Below, one piece after another: positions 30,063 to 32,000 of a DNA stretch of 32,000 bases (position 1 is its first letter; each line of letters begins with the position of its first letter). Made by a program: the position numbers and the translations under genes. Source of the stretch: Pseudomonas aeruginosa (GTDB taxonomy: Bacteria > Pseudomonadota > Gammaproteobacteria > Pseudomonadales > Pseudomonadaceae); NCBI RefSeq assembly GCF_001457615.1, contig NZ_LN831024.1, positions 1,140,001 to 1,172,000 on the forward strand, given 5' to 3'. A model generated the notes under the pieces. The model was not told where the DNA came from and did no database searches. It was given only the letters and a program-made list of their open reading frames with translations.

Positions 30063-30974
30063 ATGAACGCCTACGACATCGAAATCGTCAACGACGCCGC
30101 GCACGCCGGCGAAGCCAACCACGGCTGGTGCTTCGGCCTGCCGCCGGGCATCCGTCCGGAGCAGTGGCCGCTGGATCCGGACACCGGCTATCCGCTGATG
30201 CACGGCTTCACCCTGCTGCTGCCGGAGGACTACCGGGTGCATGGCCCGGAGATCGTCGCGCTGAGCTTCTTCTCCCTCGCCCCGGACCAGAACGACGGTG
30301 GACCGACCAGCGTCGACGGCATTCGCGAGATGCTCATCGATCCGCCCGCGCAACCGCCGGCCGAAGCGGAACTGCGGCCGTTCTGGGAGGCCGGGCGCAA
30401 TAGCCATCCGCGTCTGCATCGGATGGAGGACATCCTCGGCGGCGCCTATGCGTTGATCCTGCTCGACGCCGCTGAATTCAGCGGCGCGCCCTGCCAGCCG
30501 CCGGCGCTGCCGGCGGGCAACCCGCTGTTGGCGCAGACCGAGCCGCCGCAGTGGCTGGAGGCTGGTTCGGCGGCCAGCTTCGTGCCGGACTGGGCGGAGG
30601 ACGACTACTACCTGCTGCGCGCCCTCGGTGGCCGCCCGGCGGCCGGCCACCAGCAACGCTACCCGCTGCGCTGGACGGCGCGGGCGCAAGACCCCAACGC
30701 CGGGGTGGTGCCCAGCGAATACGGCGACGGCGGCTACCAGCTGCCGCACTACTGGCTGGACGGCAAGATCGAGCGCGACAACTACCGCGAGCATCCCTGG
30801 GTGGAAGGGCACCTGCCGAACCATATCGGCGGCACCATGCGTCCGGTGCAGGGCGTGCCGGAGATGAGTCCCTTCTACGTAGAGTTCGAGGAATACCTGG
30901 GCGGCTACAACTTCGGCGGCGGCAACGCCCAGCTCGATTTCCGCGACATGCGCTTCGACTGGGCCTGCGGCTGA
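30063..30974 (+). CDS. Conserved hypothetical protein, possibly a distant DUF1963/YwqG-like fold
   Basis: 303 aa from ATG 30063 (GGAG RBS). No catalytic motif recognised. The C-terminal HIGGTMRPVQGVPE...GGYNFGGGNAQLDF pattern weakly recalls DUF1963. Confidence 0.6.
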   Translation: MNAYDIEIVNDAAHAGEANHGWCFGLPPGIRPEQWPLDPDTGYPLMHGFTLLLPEDYRVHGPEIVALSFFSLAPDQNDGGPTSVDGIREMLIDPPAQPPAEAELRPFWEAGRNSHPRLHRMEDILGGAYALILLDAAEFSGAPCQPPALPAGNPLLAQTEPPQWLEAGSAASFVPDWAEDDYYLLRALGGRPAAGHQQRYPLRWTARAQDPNAGVVPSEYGDGGYQLPHYWLDGKIERDNYREHPWVEGHLPNHIGGTMRPVQGVPEMSPFYVEFEEYLGGYNFGGGNAQLDFRDMRFDWACG

Positions 30975-30984
30975 GGAGGGAAAG

Positions 30985-31003
30985 GGAGCGCCGGCGGCGC
31001 TCC
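30985..31003. other. GC-rich hairpin between convergent genes
   Basis: GGAGCGCC / GGCGCTCC arms with a 3-nt centre. No U-tract on either strand. Confidence 0.3.
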
Positions 31004-31016
31004 GGGGCGGCGCGGG

Positions 31017-32000
31017 TCAGTCCTTGCGCCGCTTGAGCTGGTCCTTCAACTGGGTCGGCAACTGGCGGATGATCAGCATGTCGCGCTCTTCGTCGTATTC
31101 CACCTTGGAGCCCAGCAGGTGCGCCTCGAAGCTGATCGACAGGCCTTCGGCGCGGCCGGTGAAGCGGCGGAACTGGTTGAGGGTGCGCTTGTCCGCCGGG
31201 ATTTCCGGCGACAGGCCGTAGTCCTTGTTACGTATGTAGTCGTAGAACGCCCGCGGTTGCTGGTCGTCCATCAGTTCCGAAAGCGCGTCGAGGGTCATCG
31301 GCTCGCCGATGCGCGCCTGGGAGGTGGCGTAGTCGACCAGCGTCTCGGTCTTCTCGCGGGCCTGTTCCTCGGCCATGTCCTCGCTTTCCACGAAATCGCT
31401 GAAGGCTTTCAGCAGGGTGCGCGTCTCGCTCGGCGAATCCACCCCTTCCTGGCAGCCGATGAAGTCGCGGAAATAGTCGGAGACCTTCTTCCCGCCCTTG
31501 CCCTTGATGAACGAGATGTACTGCTTCGACTGCTTGTTGTTGCGCCATTCGGAGATATTGATCCGCGCGGCCAGGTGCAACTGGCCGAGGTCCAGGTGGC
31601 GCGACGGGGTGACCTCCAGCGACTCGTTCACCGCCACGCCTTCGCTGTGGTGCAGCAGGGCGATCGCCAGGTAGTCGGTCATGCCTTGCTGGTAGTGGGC
31701 GAACAGGATGTGGCCGCCGGTGGAGAGATTGGACTCCTCCATCAGCTTCTGCAGGTGCTCGACCGCTTCGCGGCTGAAGCCGACGAAGTCGCGATCGCCC
31801 TCCAGGTACTCACCGAGCCAGCCGCTGAACGGGTAGGCCCCGGACTCGCCCTGGAAGAAGCCCCAGGCCTTGTTCTTGGCGTTGTAGCTTTCGTTGAGGT
31901 CGGCCAGCAGGTTCTCGATGGCCTGGGAGTCGCCCAGCTCGGCGTCGCGCGCGTGGAGCACGGCCGGGGTGCCGTCGGGCTTCTTCTCGATCAGGTGGAC
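31017..32000 (-). CDS. ndpA: Nucleoid-associated protein NdpA/YejK, 3' portion (N-terminus beyond the right edge)
   Basis: The frame is open to position 32000. The sequence is colinear with E. coli YejK (…[11 protein letters not shown]…GGHILFAHY…INISEWRNN…[14 protein letters not shown]…[10 protein letters not shown]). Confidence 0.88.

Overview
The window reads as high-GC Pseudomonas aeruginosa core chromosome. From memory it is colinear with PAO1 PA3880 to PA3849. I could not run a database search, so locus tags are recalled, not verified.

Gene content, left to right:
- a DGC-domain gene
- narL-narX on the minus strand, divergent from narK1-narK2-narG-narH-narJ-narI, followed by a PpiC-type PPIase gene and moaA on the plus strand
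- a 637-bp gene-free spacer
- a periplasmic basic-amino-acid binding protein gene
- the dauB-dauA-dauR D-arginine operon (minus strand)
- rhlB
- an acyl-CoA synthetase-like gene
- a carboxylesterase gene
- a second orphan binding-protein gene
- pcs
- a run of small conserved genes: SnoaL-like, two GST-like, GIY-YIG, XAT acetyltransferase, VIT1, and one unknown
- the 3' part of ndpA/yejK

I see no integrase, transposase, CRISPR array, tRNA/rRNA or obvious defence or novel multi-gene system. Most long extra ORFs in the track are high-GC shadow frames.

Observations worth a second look:
1. narG is split by a 1-nt frameshift in a C-run near 7723-7725.
2. An orphan minus-strand intrinsic terminator in the moaA-downstream spacer has NarL-heptamer-like motifs upstream. 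This is a candidate nitrate-responsive sRNA, possibly the published PaiI.
3. A GTCCAGAWTGGAC palindrome is embedded in the -10 of two promoters with identical geometry (dauB and the binding-protein gene). This is a likely common operator.
4. The spacer after moaA carries a coding-like gene remnant, at the position where I recall PAO1 carrying the pyocin S4 island.
5. An Anr-type box with class II spacing lies upstream of the DGC-domain gene.
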